Source: Eledone cirrhosa (lineage: Eukaryota). Taken from it: DNA of 64,000 nt. Numbering within the stretch: the first letter of the stretch is position 1; the number at the start of each line of letters is the position of its first letter. Below, piece after piece: positions 43,587-54,144 of the stretch. The stretch lies in NCBI GenBank assembly GCA_964016885.1, contig OZ024744.1, positions 46,624,001 through 46,688,000 of the forward strand, given 5' to 3'. Position numbers and translations under genes: made by a program. The notes beneath the pieces are model-generated. The model had not been told where the DNA came from and searched no databases. It saw only the letters and a program-made list of their open reading frames with translations.

Positions 43587-43735
43587 TAGCTCAAATTTAG
43601 ACAATTAATTTTCCAAAGTGATCGCGCCAAGAATACATTAAAAAATGGCTAAGAATCGTGACGTGGCAGCGGTCAAGTTAGAAAGGATGTGATTAGTTGC
43701 TTACGGCTAGTAGGCTTATTGCTAGAAAGCGCATA

Positions 43736-44304
43736 TAAGTAAGTTAATTTTATAATTTTCTTATTTTACGTCTCTCATATTATTGTTCTGCAACCCCATG
43801 CATTGAACCACATTGTTAATAAGACAAAACCTATATATTTGCTAGCATTGATATGCATCTGTGTGTATATAAATGTTACTAGATATAAATTCCTTATAAT
43901 TATCTCCAATTCATTTGTCGAGCAATATTTGGCCATGACTGCTACTATGGTAGTAAGCTGGCCGCTGTCTTAATAACCACTCGCTTTCCACTGATTGACC
44001 TCGATGTCACGTGATTGATTCTTTTTGAATTTGCCACAGACGTAGAGGCAGTGATTTTCTTAATGGCTTGGAATCCAGTCCACGCTTCGCTATTTCCATT
44101 CCACTGAATTATTTTTTTAATAAGTTTCCAGTGTCCTCGCTATGACTGGAGACCTATACGGAAAAAGACTTTCCTGATGACGGAATGATTTTCCATATGT
44201 TTCTTCGGAAAATATATTTACTCCATTCCAGAAACTAATTAGTTGGAAGTGATTTTTTAGTAAGTAAGTTAATTTTATAATTTTCTTATTTTACGTCTCT
44301 CATA
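43736..44304 (+). mobile_element. ORF-less HHR-bearing element with terminal direct redundancy (unit about 525 nt)
   Basis: 43736-43780 is repeated at 44261-44305. Diverged homolog of 13992-14592 with the same 3' end. Confidence 0.75.
44168..44250 (+). ncRNA. Type I hammerhead motif with extended stem II
   Basis: ACTTTC CTGATGA C GGAATG (ATTTTCC/GGAAAAT) CATTCC A GAA AC-taatta-GT T GGAAGT. Confidence 0.82.
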
Positions 44305-44323
44305 TATATATATATAAGTACAT

Positions 44324-45515
44324 ATCATCATCATCATCGTTTAACGTCCATTTTCCACGCTAGCATGGGTCTGGACGGGAATTGTCCCACTTGAGGCAAG
44401 ATTGGTTGTCTTGCTCAGGACTATCTGGCGGGTTTTCTACGGCTGGATGCCCTTCCTAACACCAACCACGTTTACAGTGTGGACTGGGAGGTTTTTACTG
44501 TGTTACCTACACGGCCACATTACAGCGTGGACTGTGTGTTTTTTTGTCGTGACACCTACACGACCTCATTTGTTTCGAACTGGATGTTGTGGTACCACAT
44601 AATTTCACATTTAAGGGAGTGGTGTGGATGGGGTGGGGGTAGTGGGACGGGGTTGTATTTTGTTAGAGGTGCCTACTGACTGTAGGTTTCGCTTTGTACT
44701 TAGGCAAGGCGGGTCTTCTGTATAACTGTGTAGCGCAAAAGATCTCGGTTCAGTGACATTGTCTTGGAGAGGTGTAAGTGTGTGAGGTCGGAATTTATCA
44801 AGTCGTCCCAGGTTTTTCTGGGTCTGCCTACTCCGTGGCTACCGTCTATTTTTATCGCCCTGCACTTTTTTATACAGCTGTCATCTTTCATGCGCATCAC
44901 GTGACCGTACCAACGTAGTCTTCTCTCGAGTAAACAACATCTGATCCCTCTTATTCCTAATTTCTACCTTAGTTCGTTTATGCTTTACCGTTCACGTATA
45001 TTACTATTACACATCCACCGGAGCATGCAAGCTTCGTTTCTCACGAGTCTGCTTATATCATCTGCACACAATGCCCAGATCTCACTGCCATGTAACATTG
45101 CTGTTCGTATGCAGGCATCATACAGCCTGCCTTTCATTTTTAGAGAGAACCCTTTAGCGGCCAATAGTGGTATAAGCTCTCTGAACTTTTTCCATCCCGT
45201 TCTGACTCTAGCTACTGTACTTTCAGAGCACCCTCCCCCACTGCTGATTTTGTCACCCAGGTAACGGAAGCTGTCCACTATTTCTATAGAACCATCTGTG
45301 CAATGGAATGAGCTAGTATTCGGTGGGCATTTGCTGCTACTTATTGCACCAGAGCACCGGCCACATATAAAATCTATATTCTTAGTTAGCTTACCTGTGA
45401 TCCCACTACATCTTTTATGCACCCATACTTTGCATTTGGGACATAAAATGGAGTTTCTGCCTACTCCTTTCCTACACACTGAACATGGCCATTTCCCAGA
45501 TGGGACCGGTGCCTT
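44324..45515 (-). mobile_element. 5'-truncated copy of the PHD-containing RTE LINE
   Basis: Homologous to 54145-55335, including the 3' UTR and (ATG)n tail. Confidence 0.92.
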
Positions 45516-45540
45516 ATATATATATATATATATATATATA

Positions 45541-46310
45541 TTAGGGTAAATATTGATGCAATTCAATTCAAGCACTCAACGTACTTATTCCACATAGGAA
45601 TGACGGAGTAAATATCGAATAAGGAAAAGCAAAGTAGTTTCAGATGTTCAAGTACTTTAATAATAATGCTGTGATATATATTTCAGTGACGACAATCGCC
45701 ACACTGTTCTGTGTGCGAGTGTCGTGTCATCATCAGACAGCTTGTTACATAATAAGGTTATGTTTCCGAGGAAATCCAAATTGGATCGACATGGGAACGG
45801 ATGAATTACGTGTTTTGGGGTTTTTCATCCGCTCCCTTGTGAGTACCAATTCACCCCCACCGGCCTGCGCAAGCGCATGTCCGAAGGAAGTTGACCATTA
45901 GCCACCGCAGATTTCAACGAAATTCGCTTAATCAGTTCACCCTCTCAGTCAAAACAATAGCCCAGCCCACCAATGCCTGTACCATATTTTACTGCTACCC
46001 ATCACGGCTGTGGCAGTCAGCCGAGAGCCAGAGGGGATGGGAGAGTGTTGGTTCTACCCCTCACTAAGCGTTGACGGTACGACTGACCATCGCCTGACCA
46101 TTTTTTTTAATCCTTTAATTTCTAATTGTTAATTTCTTAATTGTTTAATTTATAATTTCTGATATTTGATTTAGGATTTTAATTTTTATTTACAACTCTC
46201 ACTCTTAACTTCCAACGTAAAACCATGATACCTAGAATTAAGTTTATTTTCCCTTATTAGGTGATGGTCAGTCGTACCGTCAACGCTTAGTGAGGGGTAG
46301 TATTATGACC
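45541..46310. repeat. Unclassified interspersed repeat, copy 2, with internal inversion
   Basis: See 12716-13470. About 46054-46092 and 46263-46300 form an inverted pair. Confidence 0.85.
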
Positions 46311-47598
46311 CGATTGTAATGGAACTCTTAGTAGACACAATTGTAAAGTAAGAATAGATATGACAGTGTAAGACTGATGTCGGGGAAAGTAAATTGTGTG
46401 TGTATATATATATATATAATTGTTACACAAGATATAATTAGATTAATTAAAGTTATAATGAAGACAGCAGGTACTCGACGTTGTTGGGAATGTTTCAACT
46501 CTTATACCGGTGTCATACGTTAAAAGTCCCTGTTATAATTTAATACCTTCAGACACGGTTCAAATCGTATTTAATTTATTGTAAATCAGAAAGTGTGACT
46601 CAATAAAATATCAATTATATATCAATAAGAAAACCCCTGCGTAGTCTCTCTAACTGCTAGAAATAGCAGTGATATTATCCATTACAACTGCTCTCTCTCT
46701 ATATATATAAACACATATATGTACGTATGTATGTATATGTGTGTATATGTGTATATATGGGTGTGTATGTGTGTTTACACGTATGTATGGTGTGTATATG
46801 TGTATATATGGGTGTGTATGTGTGTTTGCACGTATGTAGTTGTAATGTCACGGGTGCCGATCTCTATCAGCCTTTCCCTTGGACAACATGACATATAGTC
46901 TATATATATTGGACACTATTCTATATAGTGTATATGTGGTGTATATAGTAGTTGTGACAATATTCTATATACATATGTACACACACACTGACAAGCATGT
47001 ATATACATATAGAAGGGTCAGATGAGGAGTTCATAGGCTGACCAAGTTACTCTCATGGAATGAGACAATGTATACACACAAATATATACTATATATATGT
47101 ATACAAACACATATATATTGTATAGTGAAGTCATACAACATATGGTAACATCATGTTTTCAATTGTCAGTTAGGGAGGTACATTGTGTCCTTAAGCAAGA
47201 CACATCATTCCACATGTCTCTAATCTCCACAGCTGAAAAAGATAAGTATCAGCTTTAGTTGGAGGTTTAGCATGGGTTGGATCATTCCCCGCCTCCAACA
47301 TTTGCCCTGCAGCCACAAACCCGGTCTTTACTATCTGCAATAGAGAGAAGAGGAAGATAGTTAAATACCGGGGCCTGACAAACCACTTCCTCTTTGTCCC
47401 CACACTGCTGATTTCCTTCTCAAAATTAGAAACACAGCAGCCCACTTGAGGAAGTAGTCCCATGAGATAGGGTGGATGTTGTAGTGGGGGTTTCTGGCTA
47501 TTCTCTGTGGTAACACCTTTGACATTTTGTCTGTAGGGTGGGGCAGAATCACAGCTGAGACTGAAATATAAAGTCTGTCCCTCTCCCGTTATTTTCGT

Positions 47599-47785
47599 TG
47601 GATTGGCAGTACGGTAGGGCGTCGGACGCCATGCTTTGTAGCATAGAGTTACCTCCCTTTATGATCTGAGTTCAAATCCTGCCAGAGTTAACTTTACCTT
47701 TCATCCTTACGAGGTCGATAAAATAAAGTACCAGTAATACACTGGTAAAATTTTTGGCCTTGTGCCAAAAGTGGAAACAATTATT
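47599..47785 (+). mobile_element. tRNA-derived SINE
   Basis: B-box GAGTTCAAATCC, conserved core CTTTCATCCTT..GGTCGATAAAATAAAGTACCAGT, and end GGCCTTGTGCC..GAAACAATTATT. Confidence 0.8.
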
Positions 47786-48029
47786 TTCGTTGTTTGATTA
47801 TTTTTTTTTTTTCCCATTACTTAAATATTTTATTACCTTTAATAATGTGTTTTGGTTTAATATGAACAGTTATATAAAATTAATAATGTTATTTATTCAA
47901 ATCTGAATAAAGTACTAGCATATCTATTGAACGTATGAATCTAAACTATAATAAAAGGAGGAGCGCGGGACTGCGTACGGTATATAATTTGTTATCCCAT
48001 TAGTAAAATAAGTTTGATCACTTTGAATA

Positions 48030-48335
48030 AATAATTGTTTCTACTTTTGGCACCAGGCCAGCAAAATACAGTGCATTACTGGTACTTTATTTTATAGACC
48101 CCGTAAGGATGAAAGGCAAAGTTAACCTCGGCGGGATTTGAACTCAGAATGGCAAGGGCCATAACTCTATGCGTCAAAGCATGGCGTCCGACCCTCTACC
48201 GATACTGCCCTATAAATAATTGTTTTTACTTTAGGCACAAGGCCAGCAAAATACAGTGCATTACTGGTACTTTATTTTATCAACCCCGTAGGGATGAAAG
48301 GCAAAGTCAACCTCGGCGGGATACTGCCCTATAAA
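48030..48335 (-). mobile_element. Two tandem copies of the same SINE
   Basis: Reverse-complement matches to the 47599 SINE. Confidence 0.8.
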
Positions 48336-48441
48336 TAATGAATGAATATTACATAATTTATCTACTAAATTTCGTGGCTGTTGATTAAATATATTTTGTT
48401 TGTTTAAAGATTCAATTCATTAAAATTTCTGAAATGTCAAC

Positions 48442-48462
48442 ACTTCCGGTTGGCCATCGTTT
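48442..48462 (+). promoter_or_regulatory. Candidate ZNF core promoter (ETS site ACTTCCGG + YY1-like GCCATCGT)
   Basis: Motif match only. It lies upstream of putative 5'-UTR exons (acceptor at 49100, donor at about 49190, acceptor at 49641) and is absent from the pseudogene copy. Confidence 0.35.
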
Positions 48463-49761
48463 CAATAAACATACTAATTTTCTGATGATGCAGTTTATAT
48501 ATAATATCGTCTTTTTTAAAGTATCATGGATTACGTTACTGATTACATAAGACAGTGTAACATAGTCTTCGTTCAATTTCTGTTCAATATTTTGTCTGTT
48601 ACGATTTTATTTGATGTATCATATCTACATGTATATATATACTTGCGTATAATATCAATATACACACTACACATGCTAGCAGAAAACCACTCGAAGGGGG
48701 TTTTTATGCTAGTTCATATAACGGAAGTTGTTTCTGAATGTATTAAATTATGTAGGGGACTTTTAAGTCATGTCACCGGTATCAACTAGTCAGTGGAAAG
48801 TTATCTACAATGGCTCCACCGTTACAACTTATATCCACATTTATGTTTAACAAAATACTTTACATTTCCATTTCTTAAACATTTTATTACCTTTAATATT
48901 GTGACAGTGAAATATTACCATTTATATCTGCTCCATTGTTACAACTTAAACCTCATCTAATTTTATCTTTTATGGTGATTATTTCATATTAAGGTGGACG
49001 TTAATGTTTGTAAATAACGTAAGGTGACTTATTTACCTTATAGTTGTTGTTTTATCACCTGTATTATTAAATATTGAAGTGGTTGTTCAACATTTTACAG
49101 GACAGGAAAATATTATTTTAATCAGAAATCAGTGAACATTTAGTTTTTACTAACTTTTCTTGACTTTATATTTGGTCTTGACAACTAAAGTACGTATTAT
49201 TTCGTTTTCCATCACAACACAAACATTGTGAACTTTTCTATCTGAAGTGAAATATCTTGATTTATTACAACACCTACACACATATTTTTACACACACACG
49301 TCTATTTATTTCTCTCTCTCATACCTACACACTGTATGTCTGTATATATATATATGTATATTAACATTCGTCTTTTGTAATTATGGATATTAATTCTCTT
49401 GTCACCTGAAATGTCCTCAATAACAAGAACCTTAACTATAGAAGTCTTATTCGTCTGTTTTATGAGCTGAGGATTTTATTGTGAATAGAGCTTCTCTCAC
49501 TTTAACATAAATAATAGTGGAATATTCCACAAGAATCATATATAAATACATATAAGCACTTGCCTTTTCATCCAAGATCAGTCTTACGATGACATATATC
49601 TTATTACTTTACCAACTAAATGCTACATTACAACTTTGTAGAAGAAGAAAGCGGAGTTCTGTAGTCTTAGACTACATAGTATCTATTAACGATATCTACA
49701 TATCTTAATGTATAAGTAAAAGTGGTGAGAGTCCTTTATGTAAAGCTCTCTAGCTAGAAAT

Positions 49762-50856
49762 ATGTCTGAATATAGCTGTGAGATTTGTAGGAAAACTTTC
49801 CCTTCAAAACTGAAACTATCCTCACATGGGAAAATACACACTGGAGAAAAACCCTTCCATTGTGAAATATGTGGGAAGTCTTTTGTCTTGAACAGTGATT
49901 TAAAAAGGCATATAAGAACACACACTGGAGAAAAACCTTATTCATGTGAAATATGTGGGAAATCCTTTTCTTGTAATTCTAATCTTGTAGTTCACAAAAG
50001 AATACACACAGGTGAAAATCCTTCTTCATGTGAAATATGTGGGAAATCTTTTTCTCATAGTTCTCATCTTGTACGCCACAAAAGAATACACACAGGAGAA
50101 ACACCTTTCCATTGTGAAATATGTGGGAAATCTTTTTCTGATAGTTCTCATCTTCTTTATCACAAAAGAACACACAGAGGAGAAAAACCTCATTCATGTG
50201 AAATATGTGGGAAATCTTTTTCTCAAGGTTCTAGTCTTGTAGATCACAAAAGAGTACACACTGGAGAAAAACCCTTCCATTGTGAAATATGTGGGAAATC
50301 TTTTTCTCAAGGTTCTAGTCTTGTAAATCACAAAAGAATACACACAGGAGAAAAACCCTTCTATTGTGAAATATGTGGGAAATCTTTTTCTAATAGTTCT
50401 CATCTTGAACATCACAAAAGAACACACACAGGAGAAAAACCTTATTCATGTGAAATATGTGGGAAATCCTTTTCTAGTAATTCTACACTTGTAGTTCACA
50501 AAAGAATACACACAGGAGAAAAACCCTTCCATTGTGAAATATGTGGGAAATCCTTTTCTTGTAATTCTAATCTTGTAGTTCACAAAAGAATACACACAGG
50601 AGAAAAACCCTTCCATTGTGAAATATGTGGGAAATCCTTTTCTTGTAATTCTTATCTTGTAGTTCACAAAAGAATACACACAGGAGAAAAACCCTTCCAT
50701 TGTGAAATATGTGGGAAATCCTTTTCTTGTAATTCTAATCTTGTAGTTCACAAAAGAATACACACAGGAGAAAATCCTTATTCATGTGAAATATGTGGGA
50801 AATCTTTCACTCAGAATTCTTCACTGGTTCTTCACAAACGTAGTCAACACTTGTGA
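49762..50856 (+). CDS. C2H2 (Kruppel-type) zinc-finger protein, 13 tandem fingers, no effector domain
   Basis: Intact 364-aa ORF of CEICGKSF..L..H...H repeats with TGEKP linkers. Confidence 0.93.
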   Translation: MSEYSCEICRKTFPSKLKLSSHGKIHTGEKPFHCEICGKSFVLNSDLKRHIRTHTGEKPYSCEICGKSFSCNSNLVVHKRIHTGENPSSCEICGKSFSHSSHLVRHKRIHTGETPFHCEICGKSFSDSSHLLYHKRTHRGEKPHSCEICGKSFSQGSSLVDHKRVHTGEKPFHCEICGKSFSQGSSLVNHKRIHTGEKPFYCEICGKSFSNSSHLEHHKRTHTGEKPYSCEICGKSFSSNSTLVVHKRIHTGEKPFHCEICGKSFSCNSNLVVHKRIHTGEKPFHCEICGKSFSCNSYLVVHKRIHTGEKPFHCEICGKSFSCNSNLVVHKRIHTGENPYSCEICGKSFTQNSSLVLHKRSQHL

Positions 50857-51019
50857 TCCCTGAAATGTGAAACACAAATATACAGAGACACTCTGGATTG
50901 GAGAAGATAAAATGTGAAGGTTGAGAGATCCTTTTCAGATACATCTCAACACATATGTCTGTGTGTGTGTGTGTTTTTTTTAAAATATATATATATTACT
51001 CATTCAAACGGAAGCAATA

Positions 51020-51255
51020 TACTGCCATATATTGAAGATTACCACAATAAGTGGGGAACGGAGGACAAGATATGCTGGACATTGCTACTGAAGAATGTTG
51101 TGGATACCTAAACATAGTAAGACCCTAGTGGGATGACCGAGATTGACTTACATAGTTCAGATGTCTCTGGATGTCCAGCTGGAGATTAATGATCTCAGGA
51201 ATGCCATGGAAGATCATGACATCTAAAAGAGAAGAGTAAAATAGTTCTGGCTAAT
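51020..51255 (+). mobile_element. Old RTE-like LINE C-terminal remnant
   Basis: Decayed RYAGHC and TYI..DLRNAMED motifs. Confidence 0.4.
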
Positions 51256-51281
51256 CCACCTCACCTAATTAATATTAATGA

Positions 51282-51994
51282 TCTCTCTATATATAAAATT
51301 CTTTGTCTCTGTCTTTTGCTATGCTTTCTCAAGCACCTGGATCAAATCAAATCAAATTTTACAAGGTATTAGGCCCAGAGAGTGTCAACATGTAATTTTT
51401 ATTTTCATTTGGATTAAAACAATTTATCTAAAATAATATTTCCATAGTGAACTATAGTAAACTACCATGACGATGACGTCACATTGTATATGCGTCTGTG
51501 TGTGTGTGTTTGTGAGTTGGTTACATACGTTAGGCCTCAGAGAAATAAACACACACATACAGATACATATGTGATGACAGACAGGTGTGTGTGAATGCAT
51601 GTCTGTGTGTTTGTCTCAGTATGTGTGTGTCATAATTTTTGTTTGGTGTAGTGAATGTCACAAAAATAAGGTGGAATGCTATGCGTGTGTCTGCGTGAAT
51701 GTATGTCTGTGTGTCTGTCTTAGTATATGTATATGAGAGCGTATGTGTGTAGCAACAATTATTCATTTGGACACCAACAAAAAATTACACAATGAATATT
51801 GTTTACCCTAGGTGCTTCAAGATTGACAGATTTTCATTTCTAAATTCTATTATCATTACAATTTTGATATTTTTTTAATAAAATATAGATAGTTTGAAAT
51901 AATTAGGAGAAAAAAAAACATATCTTCATATTCATTTTTTACTAATCTGAATAAAAACAGCAGTAACCTGGGCAACGCCGGGTAATTCTGCTAG
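51282..51994 (+). mobile_element. Non-autonomous Helitron
   Basis: 5' TC(TCTCTATATATAAAA), subterminal hairpin CCTGGGCAACGCCGGG, 3' CTAG, inserted between A and T. Confidence 0.65.
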
Positions 51995-52155
51995 TAATAA
52001 TATGTATTAATAAAAATTAATTATGGTGAAATATGTTAGAAATCATTCTCAGAGGTTTTGTATCGTAATCCACAAATACACCCTTTAGAAAGTTCCACTT
52101 CATATTATTTGTCTTTAAGGCTTCTTACAGAGACACAATCTCATTTCATTGTTGA

Positions 52156-52495
52156 GGATGGTGGATAGGCAGAATCAGTAAAGCATCAGATAACATTCTT
52201 TCTGTGTTAAAATCCTGCTGAGGTTAGCTTTACTTTTCTTCCTTCACAGCTTTAGTAAAATAAAGTACCAGTAATCCACTGGGGTTGATTTAATCAACTT
52301 TCTCCTTCCGTTCCAATTGCTGGTCTTGACTTAAAAGTAGAAACAGTTATTTAAAGTCTATAAAACAATGGATGGAATGCTTTCTGCCATATTTGTTCTG
52401 GTTTTCTGCTCTCTGAGTTTAAATCCTGCTGAGGTCAACTTTGCCTTTCATCCATTCAAGGTTGATAACAAAAAGTACCAGTCTACCACAGGGGT
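52156..52495 (+). mobile_element. Two older SINE copies
   Basis: AAATCCTGCTGAGGT..CTTT..CCTT..AAAGTACCAGT cores. Confidence 0.65.
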
Positions 52496-53494
52496 CTGTT
52501 CTTCCTCTCTATATTTCTTTCTCACTTCCTCTCTCTCATTCTCTCTCCTTCTCTGGAAGAAATCATCTGTTCCAACCTGGTGAGTGAAGGGCTCCACCAA
52601 GCTTCAAATGTCCACAGTGACACCCTATGTCTCCATCAGTGCAAGAAAAACTAAACAAGATTGATGTGTTTATATGTGTTATTTTACAAATACTAACTGG
52701 TTTATATTTATCTTTATGACAAAATATCCATATTTATGTGTAAATAAAAACAATTTTATAACTTTAATATTTGTTGATGGTACTTTCATGACAGTTGAAA
52801 TTATGAATTTTTTTTAGAAATATTTCACATTTGAAAATACTTTACAGTTTTCTTTTCTTGCCAAACAAAGGTTTGGTAGGACCCTTCAGTTCTGTCAAAG
52901 ACATCACAACCTCTTTAGTACTGGTGCCTCAATAAAATACACTCAGTAGAATGTGGGACCATATGAAAGAGAGATGTGGTCTCCCACTGCACCCTGGTTT
53001 GTAAAGACCTGTCCCACCTTTGCAAGCAGGGAAAGTAGACATTAAATGATGATCTATGATGTCATTGGTGCCAAGCTGTTTCAGCTATTCCCTTGGACAA
53101 CATTATATATAATGTGTATGTAGTATATATATAGTTTATATATTGTCTATATGTAGCATATACTCTATATATGCAGTATTTATATATTGTGTATATGTGC
53201 TATGTACACTATATACATAGTATTTATATATTCAGGATGGCTGCTTTCATGGTCTAATGTAACGTACAAATATTTCTTCACTCTTCTCACCATTTTAATT
53301 CCTTAGTCCATTCATCATTCTGTATCATTTTTCCCCGAATCCAATCTTTGCTTTTCTACTCGATACTCTAGCGTATTTTTCAAAACAAATCTTGTATTAT
53401 TGTTTTATGCTTGTTAAATTATGCCCAAAATATGGGGATCTTATTTAAACCTTAACCTTCTCGCTTGATGATGATATATATAGTGTATATTTTA

Positions 53495-54095
53495 TGAATC
53501 ATCATTATATCTACTATTCCATGCTTGCATGGGTTGGACAGGTCCTTCTTAGTACAACATCTCTCCACTAGATACATTCCTTCGACATCTCCTCTTCCAG
53601 TCTTCACGAGTTGAGTTAAGCTCTCACAACATTTGCCCCTGACTTTCTTGGTCATCCTCTTCTGCAGCTTCCTTCCACTAGGATTTCCTCAGCTAGTCCA
53701 AGCTCTTCTTTTCTCTCACATATACGTTGCAGATCCAACAAAACATGGTTGCTTCATTTTTCTCCAACCTAATCGTATCATCTGCAGTCACAGCCCATGT
53801 TTCTCTACCATGCAGTATTGTGTACTTCACACAGGCTTTATATACCCTTCCTTTTGTGTGTAGGGAGAAACCTTATGTTCAGCAAACTTCCATCCTATCC
53901 TTATTCAAGCCACTCTATTCTTGGCACACCATCCTCTGCTGCTGATTAGGTCACGTAGATAGCAGAAGCTATCAACCACATCTATAGATCCTTCCTGTGA
54001 CTGGAAACGGTTTATAACAGTAGCACTCTTCCTCTCAAGTTCTGCTGTGCCTCGTCTACATGCGAAAATCTCGCTTCCAGTTAGACTACTCACTT
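53495..54095 (-). mobile_element. Degenerate RTE LINE 3' fragment
   Basis: GSIDVVDSFCYLRDLISS homology to the RTE ORF. The 3' end resembles the RTE tail. Confidence 0.7.
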
Positions 54096-54144
54096 TCCCA
54101 TAACATCTTTTGTGTACTATATATATATATATATAAATACTGTA

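Larger units (their letters stand above)
42573..43733 (-). mobile_element. ORF-less tandem repeat (658-nt unit, about 1.8 copies) with one HHR per unit, retrozyme-like
   Basis: 42573-43075 is repeated at 43231-43733. Confidence 0.8.
47121..50965 (+). repeat. Tandem segmental duplication unit containing the ZNF gene (paralogous to 62086-64000)
   Basis: Colinear similarity of upstream DNA, SINE, putative introns and ZNF exon. Confidence 0.9.

Noticed and set aside
46470-46560. Minus-strand CTGAAGG...GAAAC
   Set aside because: A9 is missing and stems I and II cannot be formed.
49850-50810. Regular 84-bp repeats with variable segments, superficially CRISPR-like
   Set aside because: They are in-frame C2H2 finger units. 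The context is eukaryotic and there are no cas genes.
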